Assembly: GCA_977030845.1 (NCBI GenBank)
Contig: OZ365110.1
Span: 31,930,001-31,994,000 of the forward strand
Origin: Fimbriosthenelais zetlandica
Taxonomy: Eukaryota
Length of the DNA stretch: 64,000 nucleotides
Direction of reading: 5' to 3'
A program made the position numbers and the translations under genes. How positions within the stretch are numbered: the first letter of the stretch is position 1; every line of letters begins with the position of its first letter. Shown in pieces: positions 11,001 through 23,000 of this stretch. The notes under the pieces were generated by a model that saw only the letters and a program-made list of their open reading frames with translations, ran no database searches and was not told the DNA's origin.

Positions 11001-14000
11001 TTGATCAAGGCTGAAAACCCAACACAAATGTTAACTAGAAACTATGTCAAACAATAAAAGTATTAATTGGTAATTTTAATAGTTGGTCGCACCTGTAGAA
11101 TGGGAGTGTACCGGTATCTAAACCCACATTATACTCCGGGTTAATAAACCTGAAAGTTCATTAATTCAATAAACACTTTATTTCAATTCAGATTATTTTT
11201 CTCGTTAATTACAGTAAAACCTCAGTCTAAAGAACACGTTGGGGCATGAGAAAAATGTTTTGTATACATATCTATGGAGGTTTTTCATAATGAGAGGGTG
11301 GTACTTATAATATATCATAACAAATCAGAACTTGGGACAGTATAAATGCTCAATATTGTTCAATATTCAGAGGTGTTCTTTAATCAAAGATGTTCAGTAA
11401 CAAAGGTTTTACTGTATCTGAATTCATACCACGGAAAGAGAAGTTCATGATCAAATTTGTTTGAATAGAATGAAAAAAAAAAGTATTTACCATTATTTAA
11501 ATCAAAGGAAGGTTACTTAAGAAATGATAATGCCACATACAAATACAAATTTATTGTGTTTCACACACGTTTCAAAATTGATATTATAACTCGTTGATAG
11601 AAAAAATAATGGCGTTGTAACTAAAAGAAAATGCAAAACAAATTTCACACAAATTAGTTATTAATGCATTCTTACCTTCTTGTCGGTGGCTGCTGGAACT
11701 GGCCGTCTTGGTAAAAACCTTCAGCTGATGGGATATAACCTGACATTAAACATTGATATCATTTGTTATAATAATCATACTTTACTGTTTAAATTACATT
11801 ATTTTAAAACTAGAATATTGTTGAACTAATATATAGTGTTTTAAGGATTTGTTTTGCACAAATATTAAGGCAATAAGACTTTCAGTGAATTACACATTTT
11901 TTGCTGGAATCTCTCCTACCAACCCTCAAATTAATCGATTAAAAATTATCATGCATTATGATAAATGAAAAGGTCATGCAAGAATCGCGAGGCTTAATTC
12001 CCATTAAAAAAAAATCAATAATAAGGAACGTTATTTATTATAAAATGGCATTCAGAAATATCTTTATTTCATGTTTTCCCCAATTTTAAATATATCATTT
12101 TTTGGTGATTCTTACTTAATTAAAGAAATTTGAAAGAAGAAAAACGTGATGGTCTGGCAGAATGTTATTATTTCATCATTCGGCTTTCTTCCACAATCAT
12201 GTAAAATGATGAATTAATATTAAATGACAAATAAGTATAATAATCTTTATAGATCTTAGACTTTTAGAAAACCAAATGAATAAATAACGATGGCTTTTGT
12301 TCTAGATATGGACAAAATCTTAATCCAAGATTGAAAAAGGAAAATTCATGAATGGAAATTTTTTAATTTGTTTCTTGATAGGCAGAGATCAGATGGCTAT
12401 TTAAAGGTGAAAGAAATTCTAATCAGTGAGGGTCGAGGCCCTGTTTTTCAGCACTACAGCAGGGGGACGAATACATGAAGAGAAATTATAAGAAGAAGTT
12501 GTGTATTGATGAGATGGGTAATATATAATTTAAAACAAGTGTTTTTCTTGGCAGAGGTTCATTGGCGAAAGGTTTGGAAATTATTAATATCGAATCTTAC
12601 CACGCGAGTCAGAATCAAGATAATCCAAAGATTCTGACTGTACATTCAGGTAATCCACTGTAGTACCCAAAGAAATTATTTGCAACTATTAGATAGTGGT
12701 TCTAATGGAATACATTTACTATATATTACGGGACAGAGTGAAGTAAGTACAAGAAATATACAGTAAAACCTCCACGAGTGAATTACACTGTCTGATTAAT
12801 GGAATCTTGTGAATAGTGATATAGCTTTTTCACAGTTCTTGAGGTCTCCAGGGCATCTATCTAAATTTTTTTTTTCAGTCCGCAAAATGTATAAAACACC
12901 TCAAGTTCAACTGAAAGGCTCAAAGTTTCAAATGGTGAATTGTAATAAATCACACCTTTTTTTATATATATGGGACAGTTCCGCTGACTACAACATTACG
13001 CATTCTTGTGCATTCACTAAAAGCACACGTACTGGTGCATTCTTTTGCAAAATATATTGCATATATAAGAGTCATAAGTGCCATAATTTATAAGTGCCAT
13101 TTGAGGGTTCTAACACCATATTGATGAGTAAGGTTCGTGACTCAGTTTCAAAGGTTTTGTAGCACAGTTGATCCATAAAAATGTAATAAATGGACGTCAT
13201 AGAGTTTATTTTCAGAGTTTCTGAATTAGACAACGACAACGACCAAAAATTCTGAAACGGGATCGATCATCCTGGCTACCCTTGATCCACCCCTGATGTT
13301 CTAATTTTATATCAATAGGGATTATACAAAACAATATGTAATATTATAATTAGATATATACCTCTGTTTTCTTGGTCCGCCTCTGGCCTCATGTCATGGT
13401 ACTGGGCATCAGCCGTGACGGCTGCTGCAGCTCGGCGCCCGGCAGGCCGCTGATTCTGCTGCCTTTGCTGGTCGGCAAGGTAAAGGTCTATCTTATCCCG
13501 GAGTATACATAGGACGCTCTCTATCACATTGGGTTTACATGCACAGATGGCTTGGATAACGTCAGGCGAAAGCTCAGTGTTCAGTCGTAGCAGGACCTTC
13601 CTGGTTGTGGCAATGATGGAAAGATAAGAATGGTATATTTTGACAAAAGAAAATTCCTTATCCTTTGTATTCCCAGTTAGAATAGAATAATTTGATTGAA
13701 AAAAAAATGTTGCGGTCACCGAGCCAGGAGGAATGTGAGCCCAAGCACCGTCTCATTTCTAAGAATGGTATATTACTATTGTTAGATGATGGCTACCTAG
13801 TACATTGTGGATGAAATAATTTTAATATTTTAATGTATGTTTGGACAGATCGTCGGATTGATGGGTAAGTGGGTGGATGGTGGGGGGCTGGAATGGTTCG
13901 GTGAGTGGGTAGGTGGGTGGGTGCTGGCAGGGTTTCTGGACAGACAGATGGATGGACAGTTGGTACAATCAATCAATAAATCAAATAAATAGAAATCAAT

Positions 14001-16496
14001 TAATTCAATCAAGGGGAGAATAGATTAACACAATTAGCAATAGAATCCATGAATTTTGTAGCGTCGCTTTACAATTTGATGTGCTGGTAGTAAATATATA
14101 ATCGGAATTATAGAAATATAGAAGGAATTCAATCGCTTTCCAGAAAGAGGCTTTTATAATGGGGTGTTCTTTTAATCTTAGTATAAATAATAAATTTCAA
14201 TGGTATAATTTGGTTCATGGTTACGTATGTTTGCATGGTATATCTATGGTTGCATGTGTATAGTAATATGTATTAGCAATGAATTCAAGATTAACATGCC
14301 CTCATCAACCTCAGGTATGGTAAGCAGTATTAACCGAGTATTTCTTTTCATTAGCTATAAGTTTTTACTCTATATTTTGGGATAAAAGGTGTTCAGTAGG
14401 CATGCATTATTAGTAAAGTAAGTAGGCATCAACTAGGAGGGACGGATTAGGGGATATTTAATAGTAAGGAAACGTTAATGGGGAGGTCCCTATTAGTGTG
14501 GAAAGCATAACAGAAGGAAAAAGGTCCTATAATGGCCTGTTCACATCAAGCAGACTAAATCTTACTGCTCAAAACTTACAAATCAGGAAAATAAAAAATA
14601 AAATCGAATTTTCAAATATCGTTTTCCGGCGGGACATAATTGAGGAATTACATGACACATAGTACTTGAAATCATTATTTCTGACATCTTTTTTTAATAG
14701 CCTAGCAGGGCCCAAATGTTAATATTAAGTACATTTAAGAAAGTCTTTTGAAATAATTTCGGCCTGATATTAAATTTGCCCCCTAGAATCGCTATTGATT
14801 GAAAATGTAGACACGAAAGTACTATCGGGTCTCTCACTGATTTGAATCTCCTCAGTGTGAACAGACTATATAAGAATTGCAGATCTATCCAGGTGTTCAT
14901 ACCTGTTAAAGTGGTACCAATTATCGGCTTTGTGACGATTATTGCTGGTCGGGGTGTAGTTATGGAGTTCTACCAGACGTGGCATGAAAAACTTAACCAG
15001 TTCTGCTGCTAAAACTAAACAAAAATGGTGGCCAAAGTTACGGTCATGCAAAAAAAATAATAATAATTATGATATTGGAACCCGTTTAATAAATCTTAGG
15101 AAATCTAGTTCATTATTAAATGGCTCCCGGCCGTCACATGTTTCATATCAAGGTGATGTCACTTGATAATGTGTCAGTTGAATATCAGGACATTGCAATG
15201 AATAACCCCCAATGGTGATCCTATGGGCTGATCATTATGTTGAACACATTTCCTATGAAACAGGCGGCCCCTGCTTGAAATGTAAAATTGAAAAATCGTT
15301 TTTGTGAAGAAGAAAAATTTGTGCAAAAACAAAAAAATAGGAAATAATTTTGTCAGTAGAAAAATACAGTGGAAATGTTCAGGTTGTAAATTAGGGATGT
15401 GCTCCTTGGTTTATGAAAGTCCATGCAGTGTAGTTGGGGTTAGCCTATGTTGGTGCTACAGATTTTGCTAGGTGTAGGCTACATTATCTTGACATGCTAA
15501 ATTTATAGCCATATGTTTACCTATTGAGCATAGCCCAATTATCCTGCTTGCCTTGGATGTTGTTACATGTAGGATAGTTGTGGAGATCAACTGTCTTGAC
15601 TTTGAACTTCAAAATTTCTGCAGCTAATACTGGTAAAAAAAACATTGATTATAATTACAATCATGTTATTTTATTTATTACAATTGGGACTTGGATTTTG
15701 GTACTGTATTGTATAGACACCTCGTTATACTTATAGTTTATTTAAATGTTCTCAATAGAGTACTTCAATTCAAAGACTCCAAAGCTATTAATTTTTTTTA
15801 AAAAAATGATGAAATTAATATTTTATTTTTTAACATTTCATTCCACTCAGGAATATCCCCCAACCCCTTTTCCAAAGTCAAAAAAAATAAATTAATCGTT
15901 AAGCTTGGCTTTGTCACATTTATTTGAGGTAAAGCCTATTGTATTGAATAGTCTATAAAGTATAAAAAAACAAATAGGCTAGGGACCGTCCGACCATAAC
16001 ATCCAAGTACACGTATAGACTACTGCCGGCAGTGTCAGTGACTGTCACTGATACTGATATACATGTATAAATGATACTGAGATAGCTAGGTCTAGGGCCC
16101 TAGCCTAGGCCTAGGACTAATAGTGGTAGTCACTAAGTTAGATAAAATAGATGTTAGATAAAATAACCATCCCCGGGGTAAGGAGCCGATCATATTGATC
16201 AGATGTGAGATGATTTCTAAGTAAATTTCGAAAATAATTAAGTCATTTTCCAACCCATTTTTAACGCGCTGGAATAGAATTCACCTACCTCCGTCGGAGA
16301 AATCCCTGGTCATGTTCCTTTTGGGACGGGAAAGTGGTATCTCATCGACCCACATAAATAATTTTTCCAGCTCATCTTCATCCAGGGCATGCACTACGTC
16401 TGGGCGGACCACGTCCACATCGTCCTCGTACTGACACTGCGGTTTAGGACCCCTTCTCGGCTCCACGGGCCTCCTCCGATTCGAATACAGAGACAT
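8016..16496 (-). CDS. SPEF1: Sperm flagellar protein 1 (CH-domain microtubule-binding protein), complete, 309 aa
   Basis: Six phase-consistent exons on the minus strand: 16289-16496 (ATG 16496), 14903-15014, 13362-13600, 11676-11739, 8364-8505, 8016-8180 (TAA); 930 nt in total. Translation includes LDEDELEKLFMWVDEIPLSRPKRNMTRDFSDGVLAAELVKFFMPRLVELHNYTPTSNNRHKADNWYHFNRKVLLRLN (SPEF1 CH domain) and the C-terminal coiled coil ILTGKVQRLEQLLRLKDLRIEDLQ typical of SPEF1. Confidence 0.93.
9770..9864. promoter_or_regulatory. Divergent pair of CTCF-like sites forming an 18-bp inverted repeat (alternatively a 95-bp MITE)
   Basis: Minus-strand ACACCAGGTGGCTGCACTG (9770-9788) and plus-strand CCACCAGGTGCCAGCACTG (9846-9864). 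These match 12/14 and 13/14 positions of CCACCAGGTGGCRG. Confidence 0.45.
9928..10537. repeat. Modular conserved-block element, locus B (one forward unit plus ~1.3 inverted units), in SPEF1 intron 4
   Basis: Forward: GGAATTTTCAGACGGCGTTTGTAGATCTATTAAAG (9932-9966), CCTGTAAACGGCGAG (9987), GAGCGATAATAGGGGTT (10015), TTGACCGTCCAGTGG (10059), GCGACTACCCCACCACCGGCAA (~10135). Reverse complements of the same blocks lie at 10204-10537. Confidence 0.85.
13851..13960. repeat. GGAT/GGGT-rich simple repeat
   Basis: Degenerate (GGRT)n in SPEF1 intron 2. Confidence 0.6.
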
Positions 16497-16700
16497 TTTG
16501 TGCTTCACATCGATATTTCCCGTTTAAAATAGCCCCCCTTAAGCCCTATTCAACCGAGTTTATCCAAAGAAGCTGTCATTCTCACTGTTGGCGGACATCA
16601 TGGGCGGGATTGTGGTTTCTGTTGATTGGAAACACGACGCGCAGCAATCCCGCACTTCAAAACATCCGGGTGAAATGTTTCTGAAATGTTTACAGTCTAT
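16497..16700. promoter_or_regulatory. Putative bidirectional promoter between SPEF1 (-) and RB1CC1 (+)
   Basis: CpG-containing stretch immediately upstream of the SPEF1 ATG, with a GC box (GGGCGG ~16602) and GTTGATTGGAAAC (16621-16633; inverted CCAAT and a loose RFX X-box shape). The genes are divergent. TSS positions are not known. Confidence 0.5.
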
Positions 16701-17015
16701 TTAGAGCAAGCAAAATTTCAGGAATAATCTAGAACGACCGTATTGTTTAGTTGTTTGTAACTTTATAGTTGACTATTTGCAGATATGCTGATTTTATCAT
16801 CGTACTTTTGCTGCGGTGCAGTTCCCTTGATCGAGGGTTTTGGCACGAGGTGGCTCTCCGAGCACCTGCTTATCATGCACGCTGCCTAGCCCACAAGATG
16901 GAGGGACTGGAATTTTGGACGGACTGGAAGAGAGAAGCTTTTTGCGATAAAACATGTAGGCCTACATAAAATGAGGAACATAGGCAAGCCTACCACTAGG
17001 CCTTCCAAAAATAAG
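16700..17015 (+). other. Candidate non-coding first exon of RB1CC1 (start approximate)
   Basis: GC-richer stretch ending at a consensus donor AAG|GTAAGT (17016). The RB1CC1 ATG exon has an acceptor at 20029, so at least one upstream UTR exon is required. Confidence 0.35.
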
Positions 17016-17619
17016 GTAAGTCTACTGAGTAGCATAGCACAATGCTGCCCCAGTTTTGTAACCTTTGGATCTTAGTCAGTTGTACCGGTACTTTGATCTA
17101 CTTTGGTGCAGGCATTGTAGTAGATAGAGTATCCATCCCTATTCCAAGAACAGGCCCGCTGGGTGGAGCCTGTGTAACCCTAGAAGGGGCTGATCATATA
17201 GGCTAGCATTGTAGAAGATACAGCCATACGTAACGTCATGAACGTTAGTCTATTATAATTTAGGCATAATAAGTACTTTGTAAACGTTTAGTGATGTGCT
17301 TTTTGTTAGTAGCCTACTGGTCTTCTCTGGACAGCTGTTTTAATCTAGCAGCAGCTCCTTTGATGACTTTAGCAGTAGGCCTATGTTCTTTAACTTTTAA
17401 GACCAGATTATATGCCTAGGTTGGTCTATGTCTAGACCTGGAACATAGGCCGGCTAAAAGATAGAGTTCGGATGAACATGAAATTAAAATAAGCGCAAGA
17501 ACGTATTCAATGGGACAGGATCCTCGTTTCAGAGATGACTTTTGATCCAGGGTTTTTAGGTTCAAAGCAGCACTGTCTCCCTAGTTTTAGCAAGGATAGG
17601 CCCACTCTATTTTTACAAT

Positions 17620-17940
17620 ACCGGTAACACTGCTAGGCCTACCGGTTAGACAATAGGCCCTATGATCGGCTCCTTACCCCGGGCGGATAAGAAGCACACA
17701 CAAGGATGGATATTTTAACTACTAGGCCTACCGGTAGGCTATCCTTGGTTTTAGGCCTAGGGCTAGGCCAGGCTTAGACAAAATATTCGCCTCGGGTCCC
17801 ATTCCCGCTTTGAGTGGGGACAGCTAGATGCAGGCTAGAGCCTAGGCCAGGCTATGTTAGGATCTGAACATTAGATTAGGCAATAGGCCTAGGGCTAGGC
17901 CTATTTAATTGTTAGGGGTTAGGACTAGGCCTACAGGCTA
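17620..17940. repeat. TAGGCC/AGGCCT-rich low-complexity tract
   Basis: Dense TAGGCC/CTAGG hexamers; a smaller patch lies at ~16085-16120. Confidence 0.6.
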
Positions 17941-18039
17941 CAGAAGGAAATGAAAAGAAAACGATACTCCGACCCCCACCCCTCTATTAAAGTCGTCTAT
18001 TAGTTTGGATTCTGAAAAAAAAAAGATTAGATCTATAGT

Positions 18040-18266
18040 ATAGACGAGTCTTGCCTCAAGTGGCCTTGCTGGGAGTGGGATGTCCGTTGGCGCGGAGCTG
18101 AACTGAGTGGAACTCTTCAAAACACTGAACTCGCGGAGGCGAGAAAACCATAGAAAACAAAAATGGCGTCTGATGACATACAGATCAGCTAGAGATGACT
18201 TGTTATTTTCTCTACATATTGACGTTGTAAACGCTTATGAGATTACCAAACTACTGCATGTTGACG
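18040..18266 (+). other. Second candidate 5'UTR/first exon of RB1CC1 with a short uORF (start approximate)
   Basis: CpG-rich patch containing CAAAAATGGCG (YY1-like), ATG 18163 to TAG 18192 (MASDDIQIS*), and a donor ACG|GTAAGG at 18267. Confidence 0.3.
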
Positions 18267-20095
18267 GTAAGGAACAGTTTTTAACGGACGTTTTCCAATT
18301 TGGGACGTGTTTAAAGTTAAATTGGACTGGGAACCTTGTGAAGTCTGCTGCGTACTGTCTACTGGCGCACTTTACCTTCATATCTGCTCGTGTTTTGTTT
18401 TTCTGACGAATCGATTTAGAACAGGCTGAGACTCCTAGTACTAGTCTGTCTATTATTCTGATGAAATACGCGCGTCATGTTGTGCAGACAGAAGGTAATG
18501 GAACATAAATGATCAAAGGCTGTTTCTATGGGCTGAGAACAATGGGCATGACTTGAGAGTCCTTGCTCTGATTCATTGTTTTGGTTGTTTTGTGTGGAAT
18601 TGTGACTGTGGGTCTGTGAGTGTGTCAGATGTTTAGATCTGCTGACATTCAGGTTCTTGGTCTGGGACGGGCTGACATCCAAAACTCCAAAGTAATGGTT
18701 TGTGTTTACATTGTCATAGGCTAGGTGTCAGGCAGACGTTATGTATGTGACTCTTATATTGGATAGGCCACGTAATCGAAATATGGTTGTCTTACCATTC
18801 GTGATCTCGTTCTTGGACTGTCATTCTATGTAGCCTATGTAGGGGCAGAGTTTATGTTTCATAACATTGTCATTGGATCCAAACTGATTTGATATTATTG
18901 TCTCCATATCTACCCATATCTGATACATCAATATGACTTATTATTCTTACATGGCTTTAACATGCACATGGAATTGATAATCATAAACCAACTGAATGGG
19001 CCTACGGTACATTTCTTCAGAATTTGTATTTTCTTTTTTATCCTTATTTCCCAAGATATAAAATTACCGTATATCCAGAGCGTGATTTATGCACCAGAAA
19101 GCTACGTAGATGTACTTAATTTAAATTTAAATAAAATGGTAACATTTTATATAAATAGGGTCGAGGGCTGTTCACGTTTTGCTGTTTTAAAGTCTTGGTG
19201 AAATGGCCCAGGATGTTGCATAATAATTATTTAGAAGGGGGTTAGGGTGTCCATAAGGGGGGTGGGGGTGTTCTAAACCCCCCGACATCTTATAATGAGA
19301 TACGGTAATTATTTTGTTTTGCTTTCAAAATACCAGTAGTTGTAGTAGACCTACTATGGTATAGTGAAATCTTCAGGTTACAAGGAAGTGAATAACATAT
19401 CAAAAGTTTCAATGCAGAAAATCTCGAAGATCCGCCTATAAATTATGTTTACACATAAAAACGAAAAAAAGAACACGACAGTTATCCTGGAATTCAGTGG
19501 TATATTGTCCTGGTAGCGCCCTTGATGTTAGATGGTTATGACTACAAATCCAACATTTAGATAGCAAATAGTGACGGTGAGTATTTTATATATAGACATG
19601 GCTAGGTCAGTTGAAATTATTGTGCAATCATTCCAATCAATCATTCCTATCACCCACATGCCTGAGTTCATTTATATTTGATGTCAGTATGGTGAAACCA
19701 TTCCTCATAAACCCTTTAATAGTCCTGACTCATTTTCTGTCTTATTTAGGTATACTCCTGATACTCTGGTCAAATCTTGGTGGTTATATCACTTCAACTT
19801 GTCGTGATGATAGCAAGTGTAGGGGAATGATATTAGCTCTTTCCAAAGTTTCTTTTGGTACGTGGGTGGGTATGTGGTTTATCCTACTGTGGATTTGGCA
19901 GGGAATTCGTGTTCAAAGAAATTAGGCCCACTCTCTACTCCACCCAAATTTAGGGACAACTCATACCCCCCCCCCCCCCCCCCCCCTGTAAGCAACATTA
20001 TAATTGACCTTTTATGTATTATTTTTCAGAAAAACTAATCTTTGATATTTTTGAGTGAGGACTGCGCACGGTCCGGCCCGAGCCCTAGTAGCACC

Positions 20096-23000
20096 ATGTT
20101 GTATGTCTTTCATGTAGACACCGGGCTAATGCTCACCTTCGACATGAACCTGGCCATGGAAACGTGAGTAAAATAAATTTATAAATATATTTTTTTTAAT
20201 TTGCTTTAAATTTATTGGTCCTTTGTCAGACTCAAAAGCATCGCCATTCAGGCAGATATGTTGAAAAAGTTCCCTGGAACAAATCATATTATTTCTTGAA
20301 TAGGGATCCAAATGGAAACATTAATGGAATGGATTTATTAATGGAAAAATTAACACAAAAATAAGCAATGTGCCCTCTTAATATACTCTTTGAATACACT
20401 GTGAACTCATACATGTAACATGTTGAATATCACAAGTTTTATGATTTTGGATTTCTCTCGCTCTAAAAAATAATTATTACGGGTATTTAAAAAGTCCCGT
20501 CCCATTGTTGCCTATCTTTATTTGTCTCCCAATTGAAATGTATTGAAACATCTCTATCAATAAACTATTCTAAGCCTATGTAAATTTTAGAATGAACCGG
20601 GCACATATATATTATCAATATGAAATAAATTTTTCAAAGACAATGGATATCAGATTTATTTGGCATCTTGATAAAGGCTTGCCAGTTTATGCTAGCCCTC
20701 AAGTAGTTTACTGAAATCATTCTATCTAACTTATCTTATTTGGAAACACTGAGCCCCGTTGCATAATCGAAAATAAGGATCCGTAAATTTTGGATGAATA
20801 TGGCAGGTGTTTTTTTGGACAAGATCTAAATAAACATAGCGGGACCTCACTATTACGGTCAACCTTGACTCTGTTTCCTGGCCCTTATGTGAGTTAGTGG
20901 TTTAATGGTGGTCGGTTTAGTGAGGTGTTCTGATGCGGTGGGAGCACTGTATATTCAAGCATGAAATGGTAGAAATGGAACCAAGTATAGGTCTAACATC
21001 AAATTGCCCGTTTACGACATCAAGGTTCCACGGTACTTCAAATGTAAATTTTTCAGAAAAAATATTTAATAAATAATAATGTTTTTCATATCTCGTTTGC
21101 AGAGTGAGTAAACTACAGGAGGCCATTTCAACATCATATAACATACAGCCAGATAAGCAGGTGATGCTTATCTCAGGTGGTGAGAACCTCGACCCCAGCG
21201 CCCGTGTCTGTAGCTACAGCGCTGGAACTGTAAGTATTTTTTTTATTTTTTTATTTAGGATATTTATACAGCGAACAAAGGGGTCGTAGGCTCACGGGGC
21301 ATAATAAATGTGGCTATTCCATGGTATTCTGCCTATTGCTGTTTTTCTAAGTGCAGACTAAAGAGGGAGGTGTATTGAGTGGGTTAGTAGAAAGGTTGAG
21401 ATTGTTAGCATTAAAGCTTAAGTTTAGAGTGGTGATAGATTGTGGGTTAATAGTAATGGTTTGTGGGTGATTATGAGTGTATGTGAGATGGGGATGGGAG
21501 TTTGAGGGTGATAGGGCAAGGCTGGTTTTAACAGTATTGCCCTTGGTTGGAAGGGGTCTTTTTCATTTAAAGGGATGCAAAACACTCGGTTATTTTCCTA
21601 TAAATAACTATACCAAGTGCTTGCCATCCATCTAACTTTTAGTTTGGTCTTTTAAGTTACATTATTTTAATCTTCAGAATAATATCCGTCTATGGTATTA
21701 AAATCTTATTGATGTATTATCATGCATCTGCCCCACTTTTCAAAAGTCTGTAAAAAAATTTGTGGTCGATAAAACTTTTAAAATTGTAGTTATGTGTCAC
21801 TAGGGGCCACCCTCTGGGAAAATACAGCCCCGGTTAAGGTGAGAGTATTATTCAATTAAAATAATTTTATTTTCCCTTCAGGACACGAACCCAATCTTCC
21901 TGTTCAGTCGCTCAACCATTGAATGTGCTACCCCTCCCAGTGCCAGTGTTAACTACGGTTCAGGTTGGTACACATTTACAAACTATACTCTTTCATTTAC
22001 TTGGCTGCAAAATAATTAAAAAACAACACAAATCTGACCAAAACAACATGGATTCAACTTAACTCAAAATTACAAAGGGGGTTTTTCTGTTAGTATAATT
22101 TGCGCCTTATACAGAAAATTATACAATGTTTCAAAACACTGATTCCATTTAAATTATTTGGAAAACAAAACGTTATATGTTATCAAGCGCAGGCCCCCAT
22201 TTTGAGTTTTACATTTATTTTTTTAAGTTCCATGTGTTAAATAAAAATTCTAAAAAAACAACAAAACAGATGGGATGCATAAATTTTTAAATATGAACAA
22301 TTTTGGGCCAGCTTTTTATGTCCTAGGATATAATTTCACCTATTTTGTCCACGTTTATAGTCTTTATATAAATGTTTTATGTCAATAATTTTCCACAGAC
22401 CTCACCATGGTAGAGGCTGGTAAGTGGTTTTCCCACTCGGAGTGGTAATAATAAAGATGATGATAATAAGACCAGGGCTTCCCAGCCAGCCTCTGCTCTG
22501 ATTATCAGCATGTTAGACACGTTCCCCTTGTCTTAAGCGTGCTGGTTTACCTTTTAATATTAATTATTTTATAATTCAACCTATTCCTCTTCTCAATTCT
22601 CTCTTTAAGACTTTTGGCATTTACTTTGAGAATTTTGTGACTCGAGTCCAGGGCTCGAATCCTCTGATTTCTGTTAGAACTTGGGTGATCCACCTTCTGA
22701 CTTCTGTAAGAAACTGAGAGATTGTTTAGGTCTTTATTGATTTATCTGGTTGACCCTCGACATATCGAGATATCTTCTGACTTCTGTGAGAAACTGGGAT
22801 ATCTTCTGACTTCTGTGAGAAATTGGGAGATATCTTCTGACTTATGTAAGTAATTGGGAGATATCTTCTGACATTTATAAGAAATTGGGAGATATCTTCT
22901 GACATCTGTAAGAAATATATTCGAGCCCTGTCAGTTGTTTCTAAGGTACGACATCTTATACATATCTATATGTACATGTCATAGTGGTAGGATTTTCCAT

